A program made the translations under genes and the position numbers. A stretch of 64,000 nucleotides of DNA from Eledone cirrhosa (taxonomy: Eukaryota): the NCBI GenBank assembly GCA_964016885.1, contig OZ024742.1:172670001-172734000 (forward strand). The letters run 5' to 3'. Below are positions 12,741 to 25,159 of this stretch, piece by piece. The notes beneath the pieces were generated by a model. The model was not told where the DNA came from. It did not search any database and was given only the letters and a program-made list of their open reading frames with translations. Position 1 is the first letter of the stretch, and each line of letters starts with the position of its first letter.

Positions 12741-12883
12741 ACTCAAATGAGCGTTTTCCAACTTTGTCCTAATTTTGGTATATTCTCTTCTAAAGGTTTC
12801 ATCAATATAGATTCAATAAAATCATCGGCTCTCTTTCCATAAAATGTTCAATTTAAAGCGAATAATCTAGGATGATACATCTT

Positions 12884-13391
12884 CAATTTCAAAATTATGT
12901 CGTTCTAAAACTTGAGTTGTCTCTCGCCTAGAAGAGCGTAATCGACGTTGACGCAGGGGAAAATGTTGGTTATCAGCCAACTCGATTATTGCCTTCAGTT
13001 TTGCTGTGTCAGTACAGCAGAGACGTACATATTGCAAGATGCTGAAACATATTACTAAGTTATTTCAATGACGAGAGCAAGAACAGTACTGGTTAGAATC
13101 GACCTAATTTATAACATATTTAGTTCTGGATAGTATTTAGTCAAATGATTCTTCGCACGGTGACATACCACAACACATATTGAGGCGGAGTCATTAATAT
13201 ACATTTTCCCCCAATGAAATGTATAGTATGAACTTGCATCAAATTGGTCGTTCAACTAAATAAACCATTTGAGAAATTAACGAGCAAATGTCTGAGCAAT
13301 CATTCAGAGGCATTTGCTCCTATCGTGTTTGGCAGTGATATCCAGTGTGACCATGTATGATATCCTATCCAACGGGCTTTCAAACAGATCA
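12884..13391. repeat. Segment duplicated at 14402-14888
   Basis: Direct, high-identity match of about 500 bp. The second copy lacks about 24 bp. Confidence 0.92.
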
Positions 13392-13768
13392 ATTTCATGC
13401 ACAAGATCTGGGTGGATCTTAGGTTATGGAAAATAAGCAAACGCTCAACATAAGGCGCAGTAATATCTAACGTAGGGCGCAGCTGATGATGGAAATTAAT
13501 CTTTTTAAATAAAATATTTCTATTTCATATAATAAAGCATAGCAGTGTCCTTCAGAGGTTTGCTTAATAAGTGTGGCAATACGATTGTGATCGCAGTGTG
13601 TGACAGCAAGCAGTAGTGTGTGCTGACATAACCTCGTAAATCAAACACTTGTGAGGGAAATATGGCAAATTGAAAGCATATACGGTAGCCCTTCGGAAAG
13701 GTCTGTCGTTTTTATTATATATCACCATAGACAGGCATTTAAGTACATTTCGTAAATATCATTAAACA

Positions 13769-13844
<76 letters not shown>

Positions 13845-13845
<1 letters not shown>

Positions 13846-14179
13846 TTATACTTTGGGAGGGTCATGTTGCCAATAAGAAACACACGCACCAGTTGCTTTC
13901 ACTTCAATTTAATTTAATATATATTTATAAATTTACAAATTTACAAATTTATATTTATAACCAAATTTATATTTATAACCAAATTTATATTTATAACCAA
14001 CCAACCAACCAGAAATTTATAAATTTGTAAATTTATAAATATATATTAAATTAAATTGAAGTGAAAGCAACTGGTGCGTGTGTTTCTTATTGGCAACATG
14101 ACCCTCCCAAAGTATAACAATATCGGTTTCAACACACGATTTCAGATAAAGAATCTTGCTAAACAAATTCAGAAACGAA

Positions 14180-14180
<1 letters not shown>
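13845..14180. mobile_element. Fold-back element (99-bp perfect inverted arms) in (TA)n, PLE-terminus-like
   Basis: 13845-13943 is the reverse complement of 14020-14118. The spacer holds 18-bp repeats. Same family as 59365-59545. Confidence 0.85.
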
Positions 14181-14228
<48 letters not shown>

Positions 14229-14330
14229 TAAAAGGAATTCCAACTTTGTATGATTTACTCCTTTTATTTACAATCCTTTAAAATTTATAATGGTATTAGA
14301 ATGAAATAGTATGGTAGAATATTAAATGTT

Positions 14331-14367
14331 GAACAAGTACTTTCATGCTTTCGCAATCTTCAGGTTC
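14331..14367 (-). ncRNA. Minimal type-I hammerhead ribozyme motif
   Basis: GAAC CUGAAGA UUGC-GAAA-GCAU GAAA GUAC UU GUUC: paired stem I, core boxes and a palindromic GUAC in place of stem III. U-U at the base of stem II. Confidence 0.75.
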
Positions 14368-14986
14368 ATATTGTGTGGTGACAGTCATGTTTGCAATTTT
14401 CAAATTTCCAAATTATATCGTTTTAAAACTTGAGTTGTCTCTTACCTAGAGGAGCGTAATCGACGTTGAGGCAGGCGAAAATGTTGGTTATCAGCCAACT
14501 CGATTATTGCCTTCAGTTTTGCTGTGTCAGTACAGCAGCGACGTACATATTGGAAGATGTTCAAACATATTACTAAGTTATTTCAATGACGAGAGCCAGA
14601 ACAACACTGGTTTGAATCGACATAATTTATAACATATTTAGTTCTGGAAAGTATTTAGTCAAAGGATTCTTCGCACGGTGATATACCACAACACATATTG
14701 AGGCGGAGTCATTAATATACATTTTCCCTTGCATCAAATTGGTCGTTCAACTAAATAAACCATTTGAGAAATTAACGAGCAAATGTCTGAGCATTCATTC
14801 CATAGGCATTTGCTCCTATCGTGTTTGGTAGTGAGATCCAGTGTTGACCATGTGTGATATCCTATCCAACGGGCTTTGCAACAGATCAGATGGAATTTGC
14901 AAACTTGACTGTCACCACAAAATATGACAGTCAAGTTTTCAAATGTCACAGTTGAAAATTGCACACTTGACTCTCACCGCACAATA

Positions 14987-15023
14987 GAACCTGAAGATTG
15001 CGAAAGCATGAAATTACTTGTTC
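14987..15023 (+). ncRNA. Minimal type-I hammerhead motif (palindrome mutated to UUAC)
   Basis: GAAC CUGAAGA UUGCGAAAGCAU GAAA UUAC UU GUUC. Confidence 0.68.
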
Positions 15024-15189
15024 AGTTAACACTTAACGTTTAATATTCTACCATACTATTTCATTCTAATACCATTCTAATACCATTATAAATTTTAAAG
15101 GATTGTAAATAAAACGAGTAAATCAGACAAAGTTGGAATTCCTTTTATTAATATAATCTTCTATCTATACACAATCTCTCTCTCTATAT

Positions 15190-15741
15190 ATATATCATAA
15201 ATCATATCCTTAGAATTATTAGATAACATATATATCATTTCCTCTCCCAATTAGCATAATTAACCATGTAACAAATCAATTAGACCAGGCTATAAGAATA
15301 AAGGCTCCTATGAAGAAATATGTGATAAATAACCGATAGCGGCCTCTGCAGTATTTATCCAGCATTCACATTCTTTCTAACTTGACCACTGACACGTCAC
15401 GATTCTTAGCCATTTTTTAATCTATTTTTGGCGCAATCGCTTTGGAAAATTAACTGTCCAATCTTGAGTTTGTCTCCTGATGAGTCTGTTACTCTGGGTC
15501 CATCCTAACAATAGGATATCTAAAAATACGGACAAAACCATGGTAGAGATCTTTGGATAAATACTCTATTGGGGTCACCGCGATGAGGCCTGTTTCCGTT
15601 ATTTATCAAATATTTCTTCATACGAGCCTTTATTCTTATAGCCTGGTCTAATTGGTTTTTTATATGGTTAATTATGCTAATTGGGAGAGAAAATGGTATA
15701 TATTGTATCTAATAATTCTAAGGACATGATTTATGATATAT
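15190..15741. mobile_element. Fold-back element, arms about 155 bp, hammerhead in the spacer
   Basis: 15190-15346 is inverted relative to 15585-15741, with moderate divergence. Confidence 0.85.
15472..15550 (+). ncRNA. Type-I hammerhead motif with one core mutation (GAAA to AAAA)
   Basis: GUCUC CUGAUGA GUCUGU...ACGGAC AAAA CCAUGG UA GAGAU. Stems I and II pair and there is a 6-nt palindrome. Confidence 0.68.
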
Positions 15742-15837
15742 TGCTCGGATTATTTAATTTATTAATTCTTCATTGAGCCACAACGTGACCGGTTGCCACA
15801 TATATATCTAATATCTATGACTATATGTATATGTAAA

Positions 15838-15989
<152 letters not shown>

Positions 15990-16469
15990 GTTTGGGCTGA
16001 TTAGAAAATTGCTTTTCATTCAATCTTGTTACAATATAAATACGACTTACATATGATGTATATAAATACACTTTTTTTTTATTAAGAACGTTTAATACTT
16101 CCCTATTAAATCTATATTTCTGAATTGTAACAATAGAATTCAAAGATCCGCATAACCATTACATATTCGTTCTCTTCACAATTTCATCTTCAGAATAAGA
16201 ATAGTAATATTATTGACGTGCCTTGCAGTGTCTTCAGAGCATCATCGGTTTGATTGTAGTGAGGATACAAGAGAAATTCCATAACATAGAATTATCAGAT
16301 TTAGGCATAATTGTGTTTAAATTAAAACACATATACACAAACACACGCGCGCGCGCGCACCCACAAACACACGCGCACACACACACACACATATATATAC
16401 ATATATTTAAATATCTATATTTATTTGTATATATATTTACAATATTCCTATATATGTATGAGTATGTGT

Positions 16470-16535
<66 letters not shown>

Positions 16536-17218
16536 GGATGCATACTTACATACATACATACATGAATGCTCATGTCTCCCTGATTATTTCATTTGACACG
16601 GAATATTGGAAGATTGCTATATAATTTTTTTTTTCCCGTTCATTTCTTTTTTTTCTATATTTAAATATTTCCTTCGGATATCATCTCTAAGATTTTACTT
16701 CTCATGTCGAAGCATCTCCCTTAAAATTAGTTTGAGATAACCCTGTGCTGTATTGAACAATCTCATAGAAATTAAAGAATTTCGGCACGAGAAAATTAGT
16801 GAAGCATATTGAAATTTCTAGAAAAAAGAATATCACGGAATTTTGAGGTTTCTTTTTATATATATTTTAGATATTTATTAAAATATATTTATTCTTATCA
16901 CGAGGCAGAGATGAAATATTGAAAGACGATAATTTTTTCTATATCTTGCCTTTCTTGTTCTGATATATTCCTACCCAGTTGTAAGTCAGCTTAAGTATTT
17001 AGATAACATACCGCCATACTTGTTCGTACGGACGTACGTACGCATAAAATTTAAATATTTATGAACACGATTTCAATGTATTATATACAGACATTATATA
17101 CAGATTAGTGCATACTTACTAACGCACGCTTAAACACACACACATGTAGCACACATATTGATATATATATATAGGTGTATGTGTGCGTGTGTGTATAAAC
17201 ACGTATTTGTGTATGCAC

Positions 17219-17258
<40 letters not shown>

Positions 17259-17399
17259 GCATACATTTATATTTACGTGACTGAGATTTTAGTTTGTTAA
17301 AAAAATCCAATACGCATCGAAGCAATCATAATATCCTTTGTAATCCATAAATATTAATATTTACACAAATGTACGCGCTCACACACACCTCTGAATCTA

Positions 17400-17541
<142 letters not shown>

Positions 17542-18399
17542 TATAAACATGCAAACAGAAACGATCAGCCGTGCACTCACTTTTTTTCTTATTTACACAA
17601 ATATATAAATATGCAATCAATACATATGCGTGTATATAAGTTTTTCCGAAATAAATAGTATATATATAATAATAATAATTTAAGAAGAAGAATCACATTT
17701 TTTCTAATATTGTCTCCGTGAGTTTTCTCTTCTGTGACAAATAATATTTGAAAAACATTTTCTCGTTAAGTTTCAACCATAAAAATATTTCTCGTTAGAT
17801 ACAGATATTGCTTACAAAAAATAAGATGCCATTACAAAAGTAAGCTTCACATTGTATAATTTACTTTGCAGTTACCTTGGTAAATCTGGATTTATTGTTG
17901 TGCTTGTGATTCGTATATGTTCGTGTGTGTGTGTGTGTGTGTGGTTTGGGCACCATCGATGCCTTCCATTCATTGAAAATCTTCAGATTGCCTGATAATT
18001 TGAATTTTACATATCTACCTACAACATCTAGGTAAAGAAAAGTATCGTAGAAGCTGCATTGATGGATTAAACTCGTTAATACATATCTTGGAAGAAAAAT
18101 CATGCAATGACATGACTGAAAATCACGCAGCTCCAAAACAGTTCGATGTAGAAATTGTATAGTCTGGACTTTCGGACATTGTTATTGTTACGCCATTTCT
18201 TTAAAATCAATAACTTGACAAATGTTTTAGGGGTGTTTATTCTGTTACCAGCATTCAGGGCAGAATAGCGGTTGCCTCCACTCATGGTGTTTATGCAAAT
18301 AGTTGACTAAATGCATTTAAGTTAGTTGTAAACCAAGTGAAGAAGAGATATCTAGCTGAACGAAGTAGGCATTCTTTTACGACGAATCTTCTTACAATT

Positions 18400-18602
18400 A
18401 TTATTTCTAACATTGTTACAAATCCTGCAATTTGAAAGAAAGGGAAAGTTGACCCAGTTACATGACCTGTGTTTGATTTTATCGACCGGGAAGGATGAAA
18501 AGAAAAGCTAATCTCGGCAGGTTTTGAACTGAAAACGTGAAGTGCCATCGTTCCATGCTACACAGCATTGTTTCTGACGCTCTACTGATACCTCCAATCC
18601 AC
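18400..18602 (-). mobile_element. SINE, diverged
   Basis: TTTTATCGACCGGGAAGGATGAAA and CTCGGCAGGTTTTGAACT. Confidence 0.75.
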
Positions 18603-19699
18603 ATCCCGAAATCTTATAATTACTGAGCGGGACCTTTACTAATTCAAAGTAGATGACTGCATTATATTTGCAAAGAAATCCATTGTTTACTGAAAAGAAA
18701 CATATAGAACATCCACAGGACACATGTTAGAAGTTTCCTGAATCTCAAGGGCACAACCTATTCTTCCCTCGTCAACACATACACATATTTAAGAGTAAGC
18801 AATTGATTATTGATATCGATATTCGCAATGCATTAATCAAATGGGTTTCATTTCCTGTCCTTTACACATAGGGTTCTTAAGTTATAACATCAATAAAATG
18901 TAGATTTTAGTGAAATATTCCGACTTCACTTTTAATGTGGTATTTATTAAATATTACATTTGTATTCAACAATGATAGTGGAAACTCGTCATCTTACCCA
19001 TTCAATACACAATACTATTTAATTCGATTGTTAAGCAAGTTGCAGTGAAACTCTCTCGGTAACTGGGTCGCAGTGAGTTCAACAAAAATACTTTACACTG
19101 ACAAAGTAATGATAACTGTAAATTTAACAGTTTTGTGTGTATTTTAGAATCGCTCAAAAGTAATTGCTTTAAAGTCGATACATAGTCGGTGGCCAAGTCA
19201 ATTCATAGGTAAAGACAAAGACGAAATCTTAATATGCAAATTAACACATATTTATTTGTGATAATCTTACGTCGATGATGGCATGATTTTAAGTAAATAT
19301 TGAATGCAGAATTTCCTTTTCAATGATAACTAATAGAAATTATACATGCGGAAATCCTCCCGCTTTCTGAAAAGCATTAATTTTTTCCATGTGGTGAGAA
19401 TATAAAACACTCGCGTTATTTTTCATTTCGGTATGTATCCTATAGGGTGTATATATTGAGCTGTTTATTTTCTGTTACCCAATCTATCATCGTAGGTGTG
19501 GTTGTAAATATTCCATTGCAAGAGAGTTTGTAAATATTTATCGGTGAAACAAAATCTACATTGAGACACAACACCACTGAAAAATATATTTTAACGGGGG
19601 TTGTGAGGGGGAAAAAATCAAATCATTTAAGGCCATAGTGTTTTCTAACATTTGGGATTTCAACAGATATCTAAACATGTTTAAATTAGTGTATATAAA

Positions 19700-20380
19700 A
19701 TGTCCAACCAAAATAAAATTGAGACAAAACCCTGGTAACAAATTTCAAAATGGATATCCAGAATAGCAGGATATACATTTTGAATGTTTTAATCACAGAG
19801 TTTGAACGCTAGTGGTAAGGGTATTTAGGATACCTTTCAAAATTAATTTCTTAATACATAAAATTTGGCTATTTTTACCCGCAATTAATTTCTATAATAA
19901 AAAGAAATTGGCTTAATGATGTCTTGTGTATGCCTATATTTGTATGTAGTGGCCAAAGTTAACAACGCAAGACAGCCATGTAAAGGTCATCACGCCTCTT
20001 TTCGTCGGCTTTGCCTCAGTCAACAGCGGTATCCAAGGTAAATGCTGCATCATAAGCCCGACGGATATAAACGAAAAAGCGTTACCTCGAATTATAGCCA
20101 GAAGAACGAACTACAATTCAGCAGCTTTTCATTTTTATCCGGCCAACTTCATCCAATTACAGCAATTCATGAAACGTTTCGGGGAAGCAAACCACTTGTA
20201 TTGTTCATCAATAAATCGTCGACAACAACCCTATCGAAACCTAGGTGATACTTCAACAATTTAGTACTTTGAGGTAGAAATTACAGAACAATGATATCTT
20301 CTAACAGGAAACATAATAATTTAGTGTTTCAATACATAGGAGAGGCAAAGGATGTTTTGACCATGACCTGGAAATGATAC
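19700..20380 (+). pseudogene. Possible decayed Penelope-like ORF (thumb to GIY-YIG)
   Basis: FQNGYPE at about 19743, KPR* (cf. PRC.TC) at about 20238 and QYIGEAK at about 20330, in the expected order. Confidence 0.35.
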
Positions 20381-22532
20381 GAACATTACCATATTTAACT
20401 CCCGCTATAGACAAAATCTTATTTTTAATAAAATTTGATTTTATTCCAGTATTTGAATAATGGTTTGTTGTTATCAACCCAAATGAACAGAATGTGAAAG
20501 TGAGACTAAAGGGAGATTAAATGAAACGCAATTATTTCAGCAATCATCTTCCCATTCCCAATGGAATATATTTAGTATATTGATATTATTTCACTTGGCA
20601 GAAATCCAACTTTTGGCAGGTTACGATAGAGTTAAAACGGATATATACATAATTCACCCGTAATTGTATTGATACTTATTTTACTGAACCAGAATTGATG
20701 AAATGCAAATTAGAGTAAAATAAATCTTTCTATCAAAATTGAAAAGAACGCAAGTAAATCGCACAATTAGGTTTTGTTGGAAAGGTCTATGTTTCCGAAA
20801 TGACCAATATCATAAGATGTAAATTAGACGGCAATTTGGTAGTCTTTACAATAAATACTTTGCGCTACTCATTCTGGCTCTCTGTGCTTTGATTTCAAAT
20901 CTCACGTAGGCATCATCGTCTTTCATATATTCCGGGTCGACACGTGAAGTATCAATTAAGCAATGGGGTCAGGCGAATCTCTTTATCTGTCTCTCGGACA
21001 AGAACGAAGCTTTTACATAGTTGCCTTAACTTCCTTTTCCACACCACGCTGAAATGAATGAAATATATCGATTATCGGTTCTGGTTAGATACAATATTTG
21101 CCATATATGAGATAAATGTTAGATTGTAGCCAAATCTATAATGGCTGTAAATCAAGCTAATAACGTACTTGGTTCTGGGCTATATTAATATATGTTATAT
21201 CATTGACATGATCTTAATTATTTTAAAATATAAGGACTGACGACTATAGAAATAAAGTACACTTAGGATATCTCAGACATTCAATAACATTGCAATTGAT
21301 ATTATATGTTAAATCCTTCGAGAATCGAAATACATATCTGCATGCTCGTTACTGCAATCGATTTTATCAACTCTACTCTCTGGCACTAAAAATGTTTCCT
21401 TATGCCAATGTCAGAAATAATTAATATAAGTCAACAGAAGTTGTTCAATTCTGAAATATTTTGAAACAGATTTATTTTCTAATTTAAATTTCCATATGGA
21501 TCCATAAATACAGATATCTGATCTTTTCGGACAGTTTTACGCTTTCATTGTTTTTGCAATTTTAAAAGTTAAACAAATATAATATTAGTTAATAATTCAG
21601 AATTCCTAAAATAAATTTCTTGGAGTGGAAAACAAATGAGACTTCGTCCAACTACTTCTTTCCGGTTTTATTTTTAACTCTGTGGTGGCTTTCAATCACC
21701 AATTTAAACAGAAGTTGTCATGGTGGTTATTTAAATAAATTGGAACTGTCACAAATATTGAGTATAATTAGCTATGACATAAATCAACATATCTTGCCTT
21801 ATAAATGAATCTATGTTTAAGAAGAGACTATTGTTTTCCTTGAGTAATCTGAAGTAATTTCAGTCACCAGCAGCGAGAATCATATTTCGCTAATATTTAC
21901 ACATGTCAATGTTTTTGAACATGTCAGGGGAGAGAAGAAACGTAATGATTTAGAAAAATTATTTTAAGAGAGAGAAATATAAACGTGTTTATCCATAAAA
22001 CGTATAATTAAGTAGTGGTAATTTATATGTTGATGAAAATCGCCTGCGTGAATGTACCGTATTTCGTCGTAAGTAAACACTGAACTAATTCTGAACATGA
22101 CGATTGTAGCATGTAACAAACAGTATATCTTTCAATGGCTTCAACTGTAGCAGGCTGGAATTTTGCGAGATAGATTGATTAAAATATCTACGAGGAAGGG
22201 AAAGTAAATCACATATTTAATATCAACACCACCCATGCTCAGATACTAGTGATGTTTCATCGTGACTTTAAGGTTAGCTCTGTCAATAAGGAGGGGTTAG
22301 AACAGAGCCCTAATCTTCTCTCTTTCTTCCTGCCTGTCCACATTGTCTGGTTGCTAGTGACCTTGCAAAACTCGTTGAAGCAACATCCGTATAGTTGAGA
22401 TATAATATGCAGGCGTACTACAAGCCTGTAGAGTTTAGTCATATGGCATTCTTGTTACTAAATAACAAGTGATGACTGTTTGTTACAAGTACATATGTAT
22501 GAAAGCAACTACGCTATGTATGTATGAATGTA

Positions 22533-22568
<36 letters not shown>

Positions 22569-22792
22569 TGTATGTATGTATGTATGCAACAACAGCTTCA
22601 GAATGAACTGAAATGAACATTTACAACAACAACAACAGCGGCATCAAAAGATAAAAAAAAAAAAAAAAAACTCAAAATAACAAAACACACACACACACGT
22701 ACACAACGCAACAACAACATCAACTGCCACCACCACCACTACCGCCGCCGCCATCACCATCACCAGCGACCGGGCCTTAAGAAAACAACTTT

Positions 22793-22950
22793 AATAATAA
22801 TTTTTCTGCTTTTGGCACAGATCCAGCAACTGGTCAGCGCATTACTGGTACTCTCTTTTGTTGACTCTGTGGGGATGAAAGGCAAGGTTGACCTCGGCGG
22901 GATTTAAGCTCAGAGCGTGGAGAGCCAAAACTCTATGCTGTAAAGCAATT
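22793..22950 (-). mobile_element. SINE, 5'-truncated
   Basis: GGATGAAAGGCAAGGTTGACCTCGGCGGGATTT. Confidence 0.85.
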
Positions 22951-23217
22951 ATAATAATACTGGACTGTAATACGATCGGCTTCAACTATACAAACTCTTG
23001 AAAGTCAACAGTTGACATAATCTTGTAATCTTGTATCAGTAATGACGGTAATATATATATATATATATATATGTGTGTGTCTGTGTGTAAGTGAGCAGAG
23101 TAGCGTGTGTGTGTTTGTTTGTATGTATGAGTGTTGCTGTGTGCGCGCATATGTATGCGCGTGTGTGTATGTAGTACGTATAAGTGTCAATAAGTGATTT
23201 TTTTTTTTTTTTTTTTT

Positions 23218-23535
23218 GCGCGAGGACATAGAAATAATCGGGCTGGATGCCCGAACGCGCTGGATGCCCGATCGCGCAGTTAAACTACTGGGAGTGAAGA
23301 ACCCCTAGCCCTTGTCAGGGCATTCTTCTAGGGGAAGGCATCTCAGGAAACTGGGTTGACTCCGACATAAAACCTGCGGCTCAGTAGTTACCGATGATGT
23401 TGATCTTTTCTTCTTTTCGGGTTATAGCTACTGTCGCTCAGAGAGTGGAATTGGCTCAGTGCACAGTCTTTCCTTACTTTAAAAAATATTCGTCACGCAC
23501 ATGCATTGCACGAGTGCATTAATAATTATTAATAG
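23218..23535. other. Unclassified GC-richer repeat fragment between poly(T) and (AAT)n
   Basis: Nested hairpin GCGCG..TCGGGC-TGGAT-GCCCGA..CGCGC, tandem GCTGGATGCCCGA, and a right end running into AATAATTATT. Confidence 0.4.
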
Positions 23536-23540
23536 TGTAC

Positions 23541-23571
<31 letters not shown>

Positions 23572-23582
23572 GTTATTGTTAT

Positions 23583-25013
23583 TCCTTGAATCTCAGTCAT
23601 TGATGTTGGTTAACTGGAAACTCCGTTGGATTGAATATCAAGCCACTACCTGCAGCCTCAGATATTCAGGACGTATCGGAGGGTTCTTGCTGTTCCAAGC
23701 AAGCATGCCTTTTGAAGCGTTCCAAAAAGCGTGAAGGGGCCGATTTTCTTTAACCATCCCTGGAAACTCTTGGAGATAGTCCCCAGTGCGCCTATGACAA
23801 TCGGGATCACTTTGACATCATGGCAGTTCCAAATCCTTTTCACCTCCCACTTTAGGTCCTGGTATCGGTTAATTTTCTCCCTCTCCTTCTCTTGCACTCT
23901 CGTGTCGAACGGGCAGGCCACATCCACAATCAGGCACGATCTTTTTTCTTTGTCCACAACCACCAGGTCAGGTCTATTGTGTTCCAGTTTTTTGTCCGTC
24001 TGTATCCTAAAATCCCACAGCACCTTCACCTGATTGTTCTCCATCACCGCCTCTGGCCTATGCTCATACCATTTCTCAGAATGTGGTAAATTGTTTACTT
24101 TGCACAGGTGCCAGTGGATCACCCTGCCCATCACATCGTGTCTCCAGCCCTTATAGTGGGTCTGGGCTAGGTGTTTACACTCGGACACAATGTGAGCCAC
24201 AGTCTCCTCTCTCTCTCTCCACAGATCCTGCACAGTGGGCTAGCCTCCTCCTTGTAGATATGGTGCTTCAACCACTTCGTTTTGAGGGCCTGCTCCTGCG
24301 CAGCCATTAGCATTCCTTCTGTAGCCTTTTTGAGGTCTCCTCTTCTCAACCAGTTCCATGTCTGTGGATCTCTAAATTCAGTTTTCTCAAAGAAGGTACT
24401 ATGAAGGGATTTTCCCTTAAGGCTGCTCTTCCTCCTTGATGTTATTTCCTCCTTGGACATCCCCTGGCCTACTGTCCCCTCCTTCAGTACAGTTCTGAGC
24501 ATTGGCTCCTTACTATAGGTCACGTATTTGTATAGGTTGTTTTTCTCCATCTGAACACAGTCCTCTATGCTTATAAGACCTCTTCCACCCTCAGATCTCC
24601 TTAGGTAGAGTCTATCGACATCACTCCTCTTGTGGAACATGTTGTAGATAGTCAATAGCTTCCTAGTCTTCCTATCCATTTCTTTTTGTTCAGCAACATT
24701 CCATCTCAGAATTCCCGCACTGTACCTAATAATAGACACAGCTCGGGAATTTACTGCGCTTATGGCATTTCTGCTTTTCAGATGTGACTTCAATACGCTC
24801 CTTACTCTCCGAATGTATTCAGTTCTTAACAATTCCTTCATTTTTTTGTTCTTTATGCCATCAGCCTCCAGAACGCCCAAATACTTGTATCCTTCCTCAG
24901 AGTCAATTTCCTTTATCATCTCACCTGTTGGTATCTGGATCCCGTTACTTCTGCTCAACCTGCCCCTCTTCATCACAATGACTCCACATTTACCAATACC
25001 AAACTGCATACAT
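23583..25013 (-). mobile_element. R4/Dong-clade (RLE-type) non-LTR retrotransposon, 5'-truncated, in (TAA)n
   Basis: MQFGIGKC, YKYLG, RLYLRRSEGGRGL, MAAQEQAL, CRICG..ETVAHIVSEC, RHD, NRPDLVV, IVDVACP, KINRYQDL, IPIVIGALG. (TTA)n on both flanks. Confidence 0.92.
23658..25009 (-). pseudogene. RT C-terminus/thumb + CCHC + PD-(D/E)XK restriction-like endonuclease, one frameshift
   Basis: ORFs 24167-25009 and 23658-24233 join across an (AG)n tract at about 24206-24219. Confidence 0.9.
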
Positions 25014-25159
25014 TTTTATTATTATTATTATTATTATTACTATTATTATTAATTTTTTTTTTTTTTTTTTTTCTTTTTTCAAATTCAATGATGTTCCAGA
25101 ACACTATAAAAGATAATTGGCAATTTAGGTTCTGGAACAAAAAAGATCATTGGCAATAA

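Larger units (their letters stand above)
14223..15153. mobile_element. Fold-back element, arms about 180-200 bp, one hammerhead per arm, captured DNA in the spacer
   Basis: 14223-14403 is inverted relative to 14952-15153. TA-rich flanks. Confidence 0.85.
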
